In this document: in pieces, positions 50,392 to 60,140 of the stretch
Layout: each line of letters begins with the position of its first letter
Position numbering within the stretch: position 1 is the first letter of the stretch
Program-made: the position numbers and the translations under genes
From: Nitrosopumilaceae archaeon
Lineage (GTDB): Archaea > Thermoproteota > Nitrososphaeria > Nitrososphaerales > Nitrosopumilaceae
Assembly: GCA_965209085.1 (NCBI GenBank)
Contig: OZ242376.1
Coordinates: forward strand, 448,001-512,000
Direction of reading: 5' to 3'
Length of the DNA: 64,000 nucleotides
Notes under the pieces: model-generated
Database searches by the model: none
Seen by the model: the letters and a program-made list of their open reading frames with translations, nothing else
What the model was told of the DNA's origin: nothing

Positions 50392-50527
50392 GATCCTTAA
50401 CACCAGTCTGTAATCCTCGCAGATTGAACAGTACCCCTTCCGTCTAGAACTCTAGCAGATTGAACAGTACCTTTCACATCTGATGATCCTGTAGATTGAA
50501 CAGTGCTCTATAGTAGAGTGAACAGAT
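50392..50527. repeat. 36-bp-period interspaced repeat mini-array
   Basis: AGATTGAACAGT(A/G)C at 50421, 50457 and 50493 with different intervening sequences; degenerate fourth copy at 50515. Confidence 0.8.
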
Positions 50528-50624
50528 CTGTAGGTAAATTTAACATATGGAATTAAACAAAACCTCAGATGTTGAAGATCTAGGAATGAATTGAATGTGA
50601 ATGATATACAAATTTCAAGATATT

Positions 50625-51983
50625 TTAGCGATCTTTTACCATCCACAAAGTGCGTCCAGCTTCATCTTTTATCTCCACATTCATGTTTTTCAGCTCGTCC
50701 CTTAACGCATCAGACTCTGCATATTTTTTCTGCTCGCGTAACTCATTCCGCCTCTTCAATATCTGATTGATACGAATCATCTCATCATTTGATGGAACCT
50801 TTATGACAAGTCCCAGAGTATTCATCATGTATTCAAACACGGGACGAATTTCACCTGCCATCCCCTGAGACATCTTTGCACCCATGCCAATACAATATGA
50901 TGATAGTACATTTAACGCAACCAGTGCCCCATGCGTGTTCAAATCATCATCTAGTGCTGCATCAAAATCTTTTCTCATCTCTGCAACCTTTACAGAATCT
51001 CCAACGCCTGATTTGCACTGTAGCAACATGTTGTATGCAAGCCTTGTCCTGTTCCAATTTGACTCGTGCTCATCAAGGGACTCTTCTGTATAATCAACGG
51101 GCTTTGAATAATGCGCTCCAAGACAAAACATCCGTATCACATTTGGACTGCGTTTGTTCAATACTGCCGCCACCTGCCTTACATTTCCAACTGATTTTGA
51201 CATTTTTTCACCATCCACTGTAACCATTCCCACATGCATCCAAGTTTTTGCCATGGGTTTGCCGTTTTTAGATTCAGACTGGGCTATCTCATTTTCATGG
51301 TGGGGAAAAATCAAATCCCGGCCTCCACCGTGTATCTCAAATGTATCCCCAAGATATTTCTGGCATATTACAGAGCATTCTATGTGCCATCCTGGCCTCC
51401 CCTTCCCCCACGGACTCTCCCATGATGGCTCATCATCTGAGTTTTTCCACAGGGCAAAATCCAAAGGATTGCGCTTGCGCTCGTCAACTTGAACTCTGGC
51501 ACCTGCCTGCAGATCCTCAATATTTTTTTTTGAAAGTTTGCCGTATTTGGAAAATTTCTCCACTGCAAAATATGCGCCATTCTCTGTCACATATGCTGCA
51601 TCCGACTCTACCAGTTTTGATATAAATTCAATCATGTCTGCAATGTGTTCGGTGGCTCTTGGATATGCAAATGCACGCTTTACATTTAACGCATCAAAGC
51701 ACTCGTAATAATCCTGTATGTATTTTTCACTGACATCTTTGGCAGTAGAGCCATCCTTTACAGCCCTTGCAATTATTTTATCATCAACATCGGTAAAATT
51801 TTGCACAAGTTTAACACGCACTCCTTTTGATTCCAAATGCCGGCGTAACGCATCAAAGACCACTATGGTCCGTGCATGACCCATGTGTGATTTATCATAC
51901 ACTGTAACACCGCACAGGTATATTGAAATCTCCTCGCCATCAACTGTATTCTGATTGCCGGACATTGTATCGGATATTTTCAT
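50625..51983 (-). CDS. cysS: cysteine--tRNA ligase
   Basis: YLCGVTVYD.SHMGHAR, NFTDVDDKII, GRPGWHIECS, FPHHENEIAQ, KMSKS. Confidence 0.96.
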   Translation of the reverse strand: MKISDTMSGNQNTVDGEEISIYLCGVTVYDKSHMGHARTIVVFDALRRHLESKGVRVKLVQNFTDVDDKIIARAVKDGSTAKDVSEKYIQDYYECFDALNVKRAFAYPRATEHIADMIEFISKLVESDAAYVTENGAYFAVEKFSKYGKLSKKNIEDLQAGARVQVDERKRNPLDFALWKNSDDEPSWESPWGKGRPGWHIECSVICQKYLGDTFEIHGGGRDLIFPHHENEIAQSESKNGKPMAKTWMHVGMVTVDGEKMSKSVGNVRQVAAVLNKRSPNVIRMFCLGAHYSKPVDYTEESLDEHESNWNRTRLAYNMLLQCKSGVGDSVKVAEMRKDFDAALDDDLNTHGALVALNVLSSYCIGMGAKMSQGMAGEIRPVFEYMMNTLGLVIKVPSNDEMIRINQILKRRNELREQKKYAESDALRDELKNMNVEIKDEAGRTLWMVKDR

Positions 51984-51996
51984 ACCAACAATACAC

Positions 51997-52299
51997 TCAA
52001 ACATCTATGTATATTTGCCCGTTTTCTTCCTTTACGTCGTATTTTTGGAGCTGTACATCATTTAGATAATCCAATAATTTGCCAGTCTTTATGTCATAAT
52101 GCCAAAAATGCAGCGGACATTCGACCACCGTACCCTCTAATTTACCATAAGCTATGGAGCCGTCCTGATGCACACATACGGCATCTAGGGCGTGGTATCC
52201 TTCCTGGTTGAATACTGCTATGCGCTTTCCTTTGAGCCTAATCTCTTTTCCGCCGCCCTGGGGTATCTCGCCCTTTTTTGCAATTTTCTGCCATGCCAT
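51997..52299 (-). CDS. Rieske [2Fe-2S] ferredoxin
   Basis: CVH...ECPLH motifs. Confidence 0.9.
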   Translation of the reverse strand: MAWQKIAKKGEIPQGGGKEIRLKGKRIAVFNQEGYHALDAVCVHQDGSIAYGKLEGTVVECPLHFWHYDIKTGKLLDYLNDVQLQKYDVKEENGQIYIDV

Positions 52300-52377
52300 G
52301 CGAAAAACATCATACAGCCGCTTATTTATCTTGACGTACGGTATAGGGTTTTATAGCATTATTTCAAAGCCGCACAT

Positions 52378-53619
52378 ATGAAATACAAAGTTCGGGATAT
52401 TCGTCTTGCAAAAAAAGGCCAAATCTCGCACGAATGGGCAAAAAACCACATGCCCATATTGGAGAAAACACTGGCCAGATTTAGAAAAACAAAACCCCTC
52501 AAAGGAATTACAATTGGATTCTGCCTGCATATAACAAAAGAAACCTCAGTGTTGCTTTTGGGTGCAAAGGAGCTTGGAGCAACCGTGGCAGCATGCGGGG
52601 GAAACCCGCTTACCGCACAGGATGATATTGCAGCTTTTCTAGCCTCCAAAGGAATACACATTTACGCCTGGACAAAAGAGTCTGCAAAAGAATACGACTG
52701 GTGCATATCGCAAGTACTCTCGCACAAACCATCGATATTAGTTGATGATGGTGCGGACATGAACGTAATGGCGCATTTTGATAAAAAACACAAGGATTTG
52801 AAAATAATCGGTGCAACAGAAGAGACAACTGCCGGCGTAACGCGGATAAAAGCCATTGAGAAAAAAGGCAAGCTAAAGTATCCTGTCATAGTTGTAAATG
52901 ATGCACGGACAAAAAACATGTTTGACAATCGGTATGGAACAGGCCAGAGTACCATAGACGGATACCTGCGTGCCATGAACCTGCTCTTTGCATCAAAAAG
53001 AGTTGTTATTGCCGGGTATGGCTGGGTGGGACGCGGAGTGGCGCAGCGCTGCCGCGGAATGGGCTCCAAAGTTATACTTACGGAAGTGGATCCGGTAAAA
53101 GCGTTAGAGGCACACATGGACGGATACGAGGTAATGCCAATGGCACAAGCTGCAAAGATTGGTGATATCTTTGTTACGTGCACCGGCATGAGGGATATAA
53201 TAACAAAATCACACATCGGACTCATGAAGGATGGCGCAATATTGGGAAACGTGGGACACTTTGACATTGAAATTGATACAGAATATCTTTTAAAGAAATC
53301 AAAGTCTGTGCGGGAAGTGAGACCAAACCTTGATGAGTGTCTTCTTGCCGGCGGAAAGCGCGTCTATCTCATAGGTAAGGGCAGGCTTGCAAACCTGGTG
53401 GCAGCAGAAGGGCATCCCCCAGAGGTCATGGCTCAGTCTTTTTCAAATCAGATGATGTCCATAATGCACATACTCAAAAACCACAAAAAACTCCCACGCA
53501 CCCTCATAAAGGTGCCAGATGAGCTGGACAAACAGGTGGCAGTGGATGCACTAAAGGCAATGTCAGTTGGCATTGACAAACTTACTCCAAAGCAGATCGC
53601 ATACATGAATACCTGGTAG
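52378..53619 (+). CDS. ahcY: adenosylhomocysteinase
   Basis: CLHITKET, DDGAD, EETTAG, TK.MFDNRYGTGQS, GYGWVGRG, GHFDIEID, EGHP. Confidence 0.95.
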   Translation: MKYKVRDIRLAKKGQISHEWAKNHMPILEKTLARFRKTKPLKGITIGFCLHITKETSVLLLGAKELGATVAACGGNPLTAQDDIAAFLASKGIHIYAWTKESAKEYDWCISQVLSHKPSILVDDGADMNVMAHFDKKHKDLKIIGATEETTAGVTRIKAIEKKGKLKYPVIVVNDARTKNMFDNRYGTGQSTIDGYLRAMNLLFASKRVVIAGYGWVGRGVAQRCRGMGSKVILTEVDPVKALEAHMDGYEVMPMAQAAKIGDIFVTCTGMRDIITKSHIGLMKDGAILGNVGHFDIEIDTEYLLKKSKSVREVRPNLDECLLAGGKRVYLIGKGRLANLVAAEGHPPEVMAQSFSNQMMSIMHILKNHKKLPRTLIKVPDELDKQVAVDALKAMSVGIDKLTPKQIAYMNTW

Positions 53620-53635
53620 GCAGCGGTGCTACCTA

Positions 53636-54862
53636 TTGGGTAAAATTAAAAATGCAAAACTTGCACCTTTTGGCATTATCTCATACGAATGGGCATCTGC
53701 CCACATGCCTGTTTTATCCGGTATAATTGCCACGTATGCAAAGGCAAAACCCCTCTTGGGAATCAAAGTGGGATTTTGTCTCCAGCTGACATCTGAGACT
53801 GCATCTCTTATCCTTGGAGCCAAGGCACTTGGTGCGCAAGTTTGTGCCTCATCTGGGAATCCATTGACTACAAATGATGCCATTGCTGCATATCTTGCCT
53901 CTGTGGGGGTGGACGTATACGGATGGTCGGGGCAGACATATGTTGAATTTGCAAAATGCGCCGATGATGTCATGTTTCAAAAACCTGACATTATAGCAGA
54001 TGATGGTGCTGAGCTTGCAGTGCGTGCACATAATGATGGACGATTTTCAAAATATAAGATTCTTGGGGGTACAGAGGAGACCACCACAGGAGTGCGCCGA
54101 ATCAATTCCATGCAAAGATGTAACCGCATACGTTTTCCCATAATGGCGGTAAATGATGCGGACACGAAACGAATGTTTGACAATCGATACGGAACAGGTC
54201 AGAGTACAGTTGATGCATTAATGCGTACAACCAGTCTTCTTTTTGCATCAAAGATAGCCGTTGTATGCGGTTATGGCTGGGTTGGGCGAGGAGTGGCAGA
54301 GCGGCTGCGTGCCATGGGGTGTAGGGTAATTGTTACAGAAGTTGATCCAATACGTGCACTGGAAGCTCATATGGACGGATATGATCAAATGCCAATGATG
54401 CAAGCTGCATCACGCGGGCAGATATTTGTAACATGCACAGGAGGATCTAAAGTCATAACTTTGAAACACATGAGGCGTATGCGCGATGGTGCCATACTGG
54501 CAAACGCCGGACATTTTGATGTGGAAATTGACATGACACCCCTTGGCCGGGGAAAGCCGGTACGGCCAGGCCTTGATGAGCATTCTTTTTTGGGCAAAAA
54601 AATCTATATCATATCCAAAGGGCGGGTTGCAAATCTAGCTGCAGCTGAAGGGCATCCGCCAGAAATCATGGACCTCTCTTTCTCAAACCATCTTTTGTGC
54701 ATATTGCATGTGTGCAAAAACGGGAAAAAAATGGCAAACCGCATCCACGGTGTGCCAAAAAACATAGACAATCTTGTGGCACGCTCTGCTTTGCAAGCAT
54801 CTGGGGTGAAAATAGACAAATTATCTGCAGAGCAAATCCGGTACGCATCCCAAATGTTATGA
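53636..54862 (+). CDS. ahcY: adenosylhomocysteinase paralogue (His->Gln variant)
   Basis: same motifs as the upstream gene but CLQLTSET. Confidence 0.85.
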   Translation: MGKIKNAKLAPFGIISYEWASAHMPVLSGIIATYAKAKPLLGIKVGFCLQLTSETASLILGAKALGAQVCASSGNPLTTNDAIAAYLASVGVDVYGWSGQTYVEFAKCADDVMFQKPDIIADDGAELAVRAHNDGRFSKYKILGGTEETTTGVRRINSMQRCNRIRFPIMAVNDADTKRMFDNRYGTGQSTVDALMRTTSLLFASKIAVVCGYGWVGRGVAERLRAMGCRVIVTEVDPIRALEAHMDGYDQMPMMQAASRGQIFVTCTGGSKVITLKHMRRMRDGAILANAGHFDVEIDMTPLGRGKPVRPGLDEHSFLGKKIYIISKGRVANLAAAEGHPPEIMDLSFSNHLLCILHVCKNGKKMANRIHGVPKNIDNLVARSALQASGVKIDKLSAEQIRYASQML

Positions 54863-54890
54863 CTATAAAGCAATATTGCATATGTTATAC

Positions 54891-56534
54891 ATGAGGGATA
54901 GGGCAATCATAACCAGCGCTTTACCGTATGCAAACGGCGAGATACATCTGGGACACGTGGCATCCACCTATATTCCGGCCGATGTAATGACCCGATTTTT
55001 GAGACTAAAGGGTGTCGAGGCATATTACGTGTGCGCCTCTGATGATTACGGAACGCCAATACTGGTCCAGTCTGAAAAAGAGGGCAAAACTCCCCAAGAG
55101 TATGCCGGATACTGGAACGGCCGCGATGCTGAAGATTTTGCAGCACTTGATATAAAATTTGATTTATTTTACCGTACAAGCTCGCCTGAAAATATAAAAT
55201 TCGTCCAGGATGTATTTTGTAAATTGCAGGATGCGGGCCATATTTATGAAAAAGATGTGGTACAGTTTTACTGTGAAAATGATAAAAAATTCCTGCCTGA
55301 CCGGTACGTAAAGGGAACATGCCCTTACTGCAAAGCTGATGATCAGTATTCGGATTTGTGTGAAAAATGCGGCAGAGTTCCTGAAGAGATATTGGATCCA
55401 AAATGCAGCATCTGCTCCCGCCCTCCTGTGAAAAAATCCTCGTCGCATTATTTTTTCCGATTGGGAAGTTTTGCAGACAAACTTGAGTCATGGTTGGAGT
55501 CAAACAAAAACCTCCAGTCTGATGTTAAAAAATACGTACAAAACTGGATAAAATCCGGACTGGAAGACTGGGATATAACTCGGGATATTCCATGGGGCGT
55601 GCCGGTTCCGGGTTCTGAAAACAAGGTCTTTTACGGATGGTTTGACAATCATTTGGCCTATATCTCAACTGCAGTAAAGATGCTTGAATCCAAAGGGTAT
55701 GACGGATCCGAATTTTGGAATTCATCTGACATTTATCATTTTATCGGCAAAGATATCGTATACCATCACTATCTGTTTTTGCCGGCAATGCGGATGGGTC
55801 TTGGCGATGCGTACCGACTGCCTGATTATATCCCAACACGCGGACATCTTACCTTGCAGTCCCGCAAGATATCCAAAAGCCGCAACTGGTATATCGGCTT
55901 GAGGGAATTTTTAAAATACTATCCTGCCGATTATCTGCGGTTTTACCTTGTAGCAATAAACCCGTACACGCAAGATGATCTGAATTTTGACTGGGATGAT
56001 TTTATGACAAAGATAAACTCTGAATTAATCGGCAATGCCGGCAATTTGGTAAATCGGGCTTTGGGATTTACAAAGAAAACCTTTGGCGGGGTGGTGCCAA
56101 AACCTGAACATGTGGATGAGGCTGATAAAAAAGCCGAGATGCAGTTTGATGCATTTGCAGAGCAGACAGGTGCGCTTTTGACGCAAAATCATTTGGATCG
56201 GGCTCTAAAGCGCATATTGGAGTTTTCTGCATACTTTAACCAGTATTTTCAGCATAAAGAACCCTGGAAGGGTGAATCTGAGACGTGCGTGTACATGTCT
56301 GTAAACGCTGTCAGGTCAATGGCTATAGCACTCTGCCCGTTTTTGCCCTCATCTGCGCAGAAAATATGGGATCAGCTTGGATTGGATGGTACAGTCTCTG
56401 AGCAGGGCTGGGATGCGATATCAAAATTTGGAGTATTAGAGGGACACAAGATAGGCGACCCTACACCAATCTTTGCCAAAGTGGATGCAGACGATATAAA
56501 AGAATACAAGAAAAAATTCACTGGACATATTTGA
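54891..56534 (+). CDS. metG: methionine--tRNA ligase
   Basis: ITSALPYANG.IHLGH, zinc knuckles, WDITRD..WG, FIGKDI..HH, KISKS; no C-terminal EMAP domain. Confidence 0.96.
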   Translation: MRDRAIITSALPYANGEIHLGHVASTYIPADVMTRFLRLKGVEAYYVCASDDYGTPILVQSEKEGKTPQEYAGYWNGRDAEDFAALDIKFDLFYRTSSPENIKFVQDVFCKLQDAGHIYEKDVVQFYCENDKKFLPDRYVKGTCPYCKADDQYSDLCEKCGRVPEEILDPKCSICSRPPVKKSSSHYFFRLGSFADKLESWLESNKNLQSDVKKYVQNWIKSGLEDWDITRDIPWGVPVPGSENKVFYGWFDNHLAYISTAVKMLESKGYDGSEFWNSSDIYHFIGKDIVYHHYLFLPAMRMGLGDAYRLPDYIPTRGHLTLQSRKISKSRNWYIGLREFLKYYPADYLRFYLVAINPYTQDDLNFDWDDFMTKINSELIGNAGNLVNRALGFTKKTFGGVVPKPEHVDEADKKAEMQFDAFAEQTGALLTQNHLDRALKRILEFSAYFNQYFQHKEPWKGESETCVYMSVNAVRSMAIALCPFLPSSAQKIWDQLGLDGTVSEQGWDAISKFGVLEGHKIGDPTPIFAKVDADDIKEYKKKFTGHI

Positions 56535-56636
56535 TAACTTCTGGTGTCATGAAATCAAGGAATTTGGATGGATGTTTGCGTTGATCATATTTTGATTGAA
56601 TGCCAATTAATCTTTAGATCTAATGGGAATACATTG

Positions 56637-56900
56637 CTATTTTAAAGATTTTTTGATTACTGGATGTACATCTATACCATACCTTGGCTCACCGTCATTA
56701 GTATAATGGCTGGATTTAGACACGCTATCTGACACAGTTTTTATACCTATGGACATTCTTTTGTTTATATAGTAAACACTAAACTTTTCTTTCAACACCT
56801 CAAATTTCACATTCTCTATGATTATATTTTCATCTAGATCATCTGATGTTACATTTTTAAATTTTAAAGGTTTACGGTATTTTTTTGATTGTGATTTGAC
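56637..56900 (-). pseudogene. 5'-truncated AT-rich gene remnant
   Basis: 88 codons (87 aa plus stop) VKSQSKK...DGEPRYGIDVHPVIKKSLK* with no good in-frame start. Confidence 0.4.
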
Positions 56901-57001
56901 GTGGTAAGCTGACAGTCCTTGAAAAATCCATATTCGTATATATATACTGAAAAGTTTACAGCACCACTTGACATTCTAGTTAAATACTGTATTGTGTTTG
57001 C

Positions 57002-57757
57002 ATGTATGTGAATGAAAAAATTCCCCGTGTTTCAACGCGGGGACGTTTTGATCTCTTAAACGGAAAATCCATTGCCGGCCGCTCAGCATATACATTGTAC
57101 CCTGTGCGCTCTTTTGATGCCATTTATGGCAGTACCGAGGTGGCAGTAATGGTGCACGGATTACGAAACAATCCTGCAGGAGCCATTGAAAAATTTATCC
57201 TGGCAAAACGCCGCCTGCGAAAACTCAGATACGTGCATCCTGTTGTGGGATTCTCATATGATTCAAACACGCGTGGTGCACATGTGAGAAAAACCCAAAT
57301 GAGGGCACTGCGTGCCGGCCAGCGCATAGCAAAATATAATGGAAAAAATCTTGCACAATTTATTGTTGATTTTCACTCTAAAAGTCCAAAGACAAAATTC
57401 CGTCTTTTGGGCCACTCGCTTGGCTCTGAGGTAATATACAATACCCTGCTGCATCTTGATAAACTTGGAAAATCCCATCTAGTTTTGGCAACTTATTTCT
57501 TTGGAGCATCAGTCCCCTCTAATGTCGTATACATAAAGTCTGCAAATTTGGCAATACTGAAATTACCAGGTAAAATAATAAACTATTACAATCCAAATGA
57601 TGAGGTTTTACGTGAGGCAGTTGATGATGCAGACATTCGCGAGCCTCTCGGACTTGGAGTGTCCCGAAAAACTGTCCCAAAATACGTGCAAAAACGTGTC
57701 AAATCAAAAAACCACAGATTTGCAAGCTATATGCTCACGCTTGGCAAATTTCCATAA
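57002..57757 (+). CDS. alpha/beta hydrolase-fold protein
   Basis: MVHGL, LGHSLG nucleophile elbow, NYYN..D.VL, NH. Confidence 0.8.
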   Translation: MYVNEKIPRVSTRGRFDLLNGKSIAGRSAYTLYPVRSFDAIYGSTEVAVMVHGLRNNPAGAIEKFILAKRRLRKLRYVHPVVGFSYDSNTRGAHVRKTQMRALRAGQRIAKYNGKNLAQFIVDFHSKSPKTKFRLLGHSLGSEVIYNTLLHLDKLGKSHLVLATYFFGASVPSNVVYIKSANLAILKLPGKIINYYNPNDEVLREAVDDADIREPLGLGVSRKTVPKYVQKRVKSKNHRFASYMLTLGKFP

Positions 57758-57798
57758 TCTACACATGGTTAAATTATGCATAAAAAAACCGAATCTAA

Positions 57799-58731
57799 AT
57801 GGACTCTGTAAATTTCTCCATGCTAGGCGATCCGGAGATTGCCTCATTGTTTGGAAAAAAAGGAACATCCACGGATCTTACCCTATATGATAAGAAAGAA
57901 TCCGGAATAATACGCACATGGGTTGCACCAAACGGATTTCCAGAAAAAATACAGCCCCTGATGCAGGCCATAAATTTGGCCGAATACGCCCTGGTGAATA
58001 TTTCAACATTGGACAAATTTGCCGGCGAGATTGTAATCTCTTTGGATATTTTGCAAAAACGTCACGGAGTACTATTGCATACATACGAGGTGGATGAGGG
58101 ACGCCTTGAATCCATGATATCTGGAACAGTGCTTGAAAAATACCAAAGATCTGATGCAGACAATGTACACAAAGCGCTTGCACAATTCAAACCTGTTTCA
58201 TGTGATGGTCCAAGTCGCGTAATCATTGATCATTGTTTTGATGTAAAGGGGGCCGGAACCGTGGTTTTAGGTAAAGTTGAATCGGGGATGATAAAACAGT
58301 ATGATGAGCTGACACTATTGCCGTCCGGCTCCAAAGTCATGGTAAAATCAATACAAATGCACGATGATCCTGCAACAGAGGCACACTCTCCGGCACGCGT
58401 GGGACTCTCGATAAAAGGCGCTGATGTTGATGAGATATCACGCGGTGACATGCTGTGCGCCGGTGAGCTGCCAACTATTGGACTTGGGGTGCAACTTGAT
58501 TTTACAAAAAACAAATTCTACAAAGGCGAGCATACTGTAGGGCAGATGTGTCTTGTAAGCATTGGCATGCAGATACGGCCTGCAAAATTCTCCTCTATAG
58601 ATCCTGTAAAGCTTGTCTTTGAGAAACCTGCAGTATGTGAAAAAGAGCAGATATGCATCATACTAAAACCCGAATCTGAAACTGTAAGGATTCTAGGCTC
58701 AGGTAAAATACGGGCAATAGATACGCAATGA
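57799..58731 (+). CDS. SelB/EF-Tu-like protein with degenerate G domain
   Basis: KKGTSTDLT, IDHCFDVKGAGTVVLG, VKSIQMHD, RVGL.IKG; no GxxxxGKS/T P-loop. Confidence 0.8.
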   Translation: MDSVNFSMLGDPEIASLFGKKGTSTDLTLYDKKESGIIRTWVAPNGFPEKIQPLMQAINLAEYALVNISTLDKFAGEIVISLDILQKRHGVLLHTYEVDEGRLESMISGTVLEKYQRSDADNVHKALAQFKPVSCDGPSRVIIDHCFDVKGAGTVVLGKVESGMIKQYDELTLLPSGSKVMVKSIQMHDDPATEAHSPARVGLSIKGADVDEISRGDMLCAGELPTIGLGVQLDFTKNKFYKGEHTVGQMCLVSIGMQIRPAKFSSIDPVKLVFEKPAVCEKEQICIILKPESETVRILGSGKIRAIDTQ

Positions 58732-58850
58732 TGAAGCCAAAACGGTCGTGCCCCGTATGTAGGTCGTGCGGCGGGCACAAATTTGAACGTCTCAAAGATA
58801 ACGGTACTTTAGTTCGATGTACCTCGTGCGGTCTTGAGGTTCGCATATGA
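58728..58850 (+). CDS. 40-aa zinc-ribbon microprotein
   Basis: MMKPKRSCPVCRSCGG...VRCTSCGLEVRI*; ATGA overlaps with both neighbouring genes. Confidence 0.65.
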   Translation: MMKPKRSCPVCRSCGGHKFERLKDNGTLVRCTSCGLEVRI

Positions 58851-60112
58851 GCGATGGGCAGCGGTATACACTAGGCTCGATATACCTGGTAAATTTTTTT
58901 GGAACCTTGGGATTTAGCATTGTATTCCCGTTTTTGGTCTTTCTCAACCTTGAATTTGGCGGGGATTCGTTTCTCTTTGGCATGATGCTTGCAGTATATT
59001 CGTTATTTCAGATACCAGGAGCTGCCATTTTGGGCAAACTTTCTGATAAGATTGGCCGCAGAAAAGTGCTCTTGGCAAGCCACATGGGAACTGTCTGCTC
59101 GTGGGGCATATACATTTTGGCGCTGCTAGTCCCTCTGATCCCGCTGTATCATGTAACCTCTGGGATTGCCACATTTACCCTCACACTCCCGCTTTTGCTG
59201 TTGTTTATCGCCCGCGGTTTTGATGGGCTCACGGGCGGAAACGTGGCAGTTGCAAACGCGTATCTTGTTGATATCTCATCAAAAAATACAATTACTGCTA
59301 GACTTGGAAAAAATTCACTAGTCTCTGATTTGGGTCTGATTATAGGACCTATAATTGGCGGAACATTGGGATCAATTCTCTCAGGGACCGAAGCTCAAAA
59401 GGCAATTTTACCAGTTGCCACAACACTTGTGATTTCAGCTGCTGCCCTGTTTGTAATATTTCGTCTAAGAGAATCCCCGCTCTTTGCAAAAATAAAAGAT
59501 AACTCATCATCTATAAAATGTATAAAACCTAAACTTGCAGACGTACTGGCAGTTCCAAAGGTTTTACAGACGATGGGGATATTTTTTGTTTTAATCTTTA
59601 CACTTGGGCTTTTCATTACCATTTTGCCGCTGCATACACAGGTGGAACTTGACTGGTCTGCATTGGATATTGCAATTTTATTTGCAATATTTGGTCTTGC
59701 ACTGGTGGTTACAGAAGGACCTGTGATATCTAGGCTCTCAAATAAAATATCCGATATTGGGATTGGACTGGCAGGACTTGGAATTATCGCGTTAGGGTAT
59801 GGTATGTTTGCACTGGGGGGTGTGATTTACTGGTATTTTCTAGCAGCTGTACCGTTTGCCATAGGCTTGGGACTTGCCGCCACAGCGTTTCATGCATTTG
59901 CTACAAAACTTGCACCAGATCACCTCCAGGGTACACTGCAGGGGGCTTTGACTATGACTGATGCCATTGGTGCAGTATTTGGTCTCATGTTAGGCGGTAT
60001 TTTGTACGGGTTGATTGGAGCATATTGGATATACGTCATGATGGCAGCAGCTGCTGTACTGTTAATTCCATTTTCTGTATTTTTGCGGGGTATCTCTAAA
60101 AATGATGGTTAA
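58847..60112 (+). CDS. MFS transporter (TetA/DHA1-like)
   Basis: GKLSDKIGRRKVLL motif A, R.FDGLTGG, G.IIGP.IGG, about 12 TM. Confidence 0.9.
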   Translation: MSDGQRYTLGSIYLVNFFGTLGFSIVFPFLVFLNLEFGGDSFLFGMMLAVYSLFQIPGAAILGKLSDKIGRRKVLLASHMGTVCSWGIYILALLVPLIPLYHVTSGIATFTLTLPLLLLFIARGFDGLTGGNVAVANAYLVDISSKNTITARLGKNSLVSDLGLIIGPIIGGTLGSILSGTEAQKAILPVATTLVISAAALFVIFRLRESPLFAKIKDNSSSIKCIKPKLADVLAVPKVLQTMGIFFVLIFTLGLFITILPLHTQVELDWSALDIAILFAIFGLALVVTEGPVISRLSNKISDIGIGLAGLGIIALGYGMFALGGVIYWYFLAAVPFAIGLGLAATAFHAFATKLAPDHLQGTLQGALTMTDAIGAVFGLMLGGILYGLIGAYWIYVMMAAAAVLLIPFSVFLRGISKNDG

Positions 60113-60140
60113 TATTTGATGGATTGTGCAATGTGCGTAT

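Noticed and set aside
50392-50527. Canonical CRISPR array
   Set aside because: Repeats are only about 14-17 bp, spacers about 20 bp, three units and no cas genes; reported as an unclassified array instead
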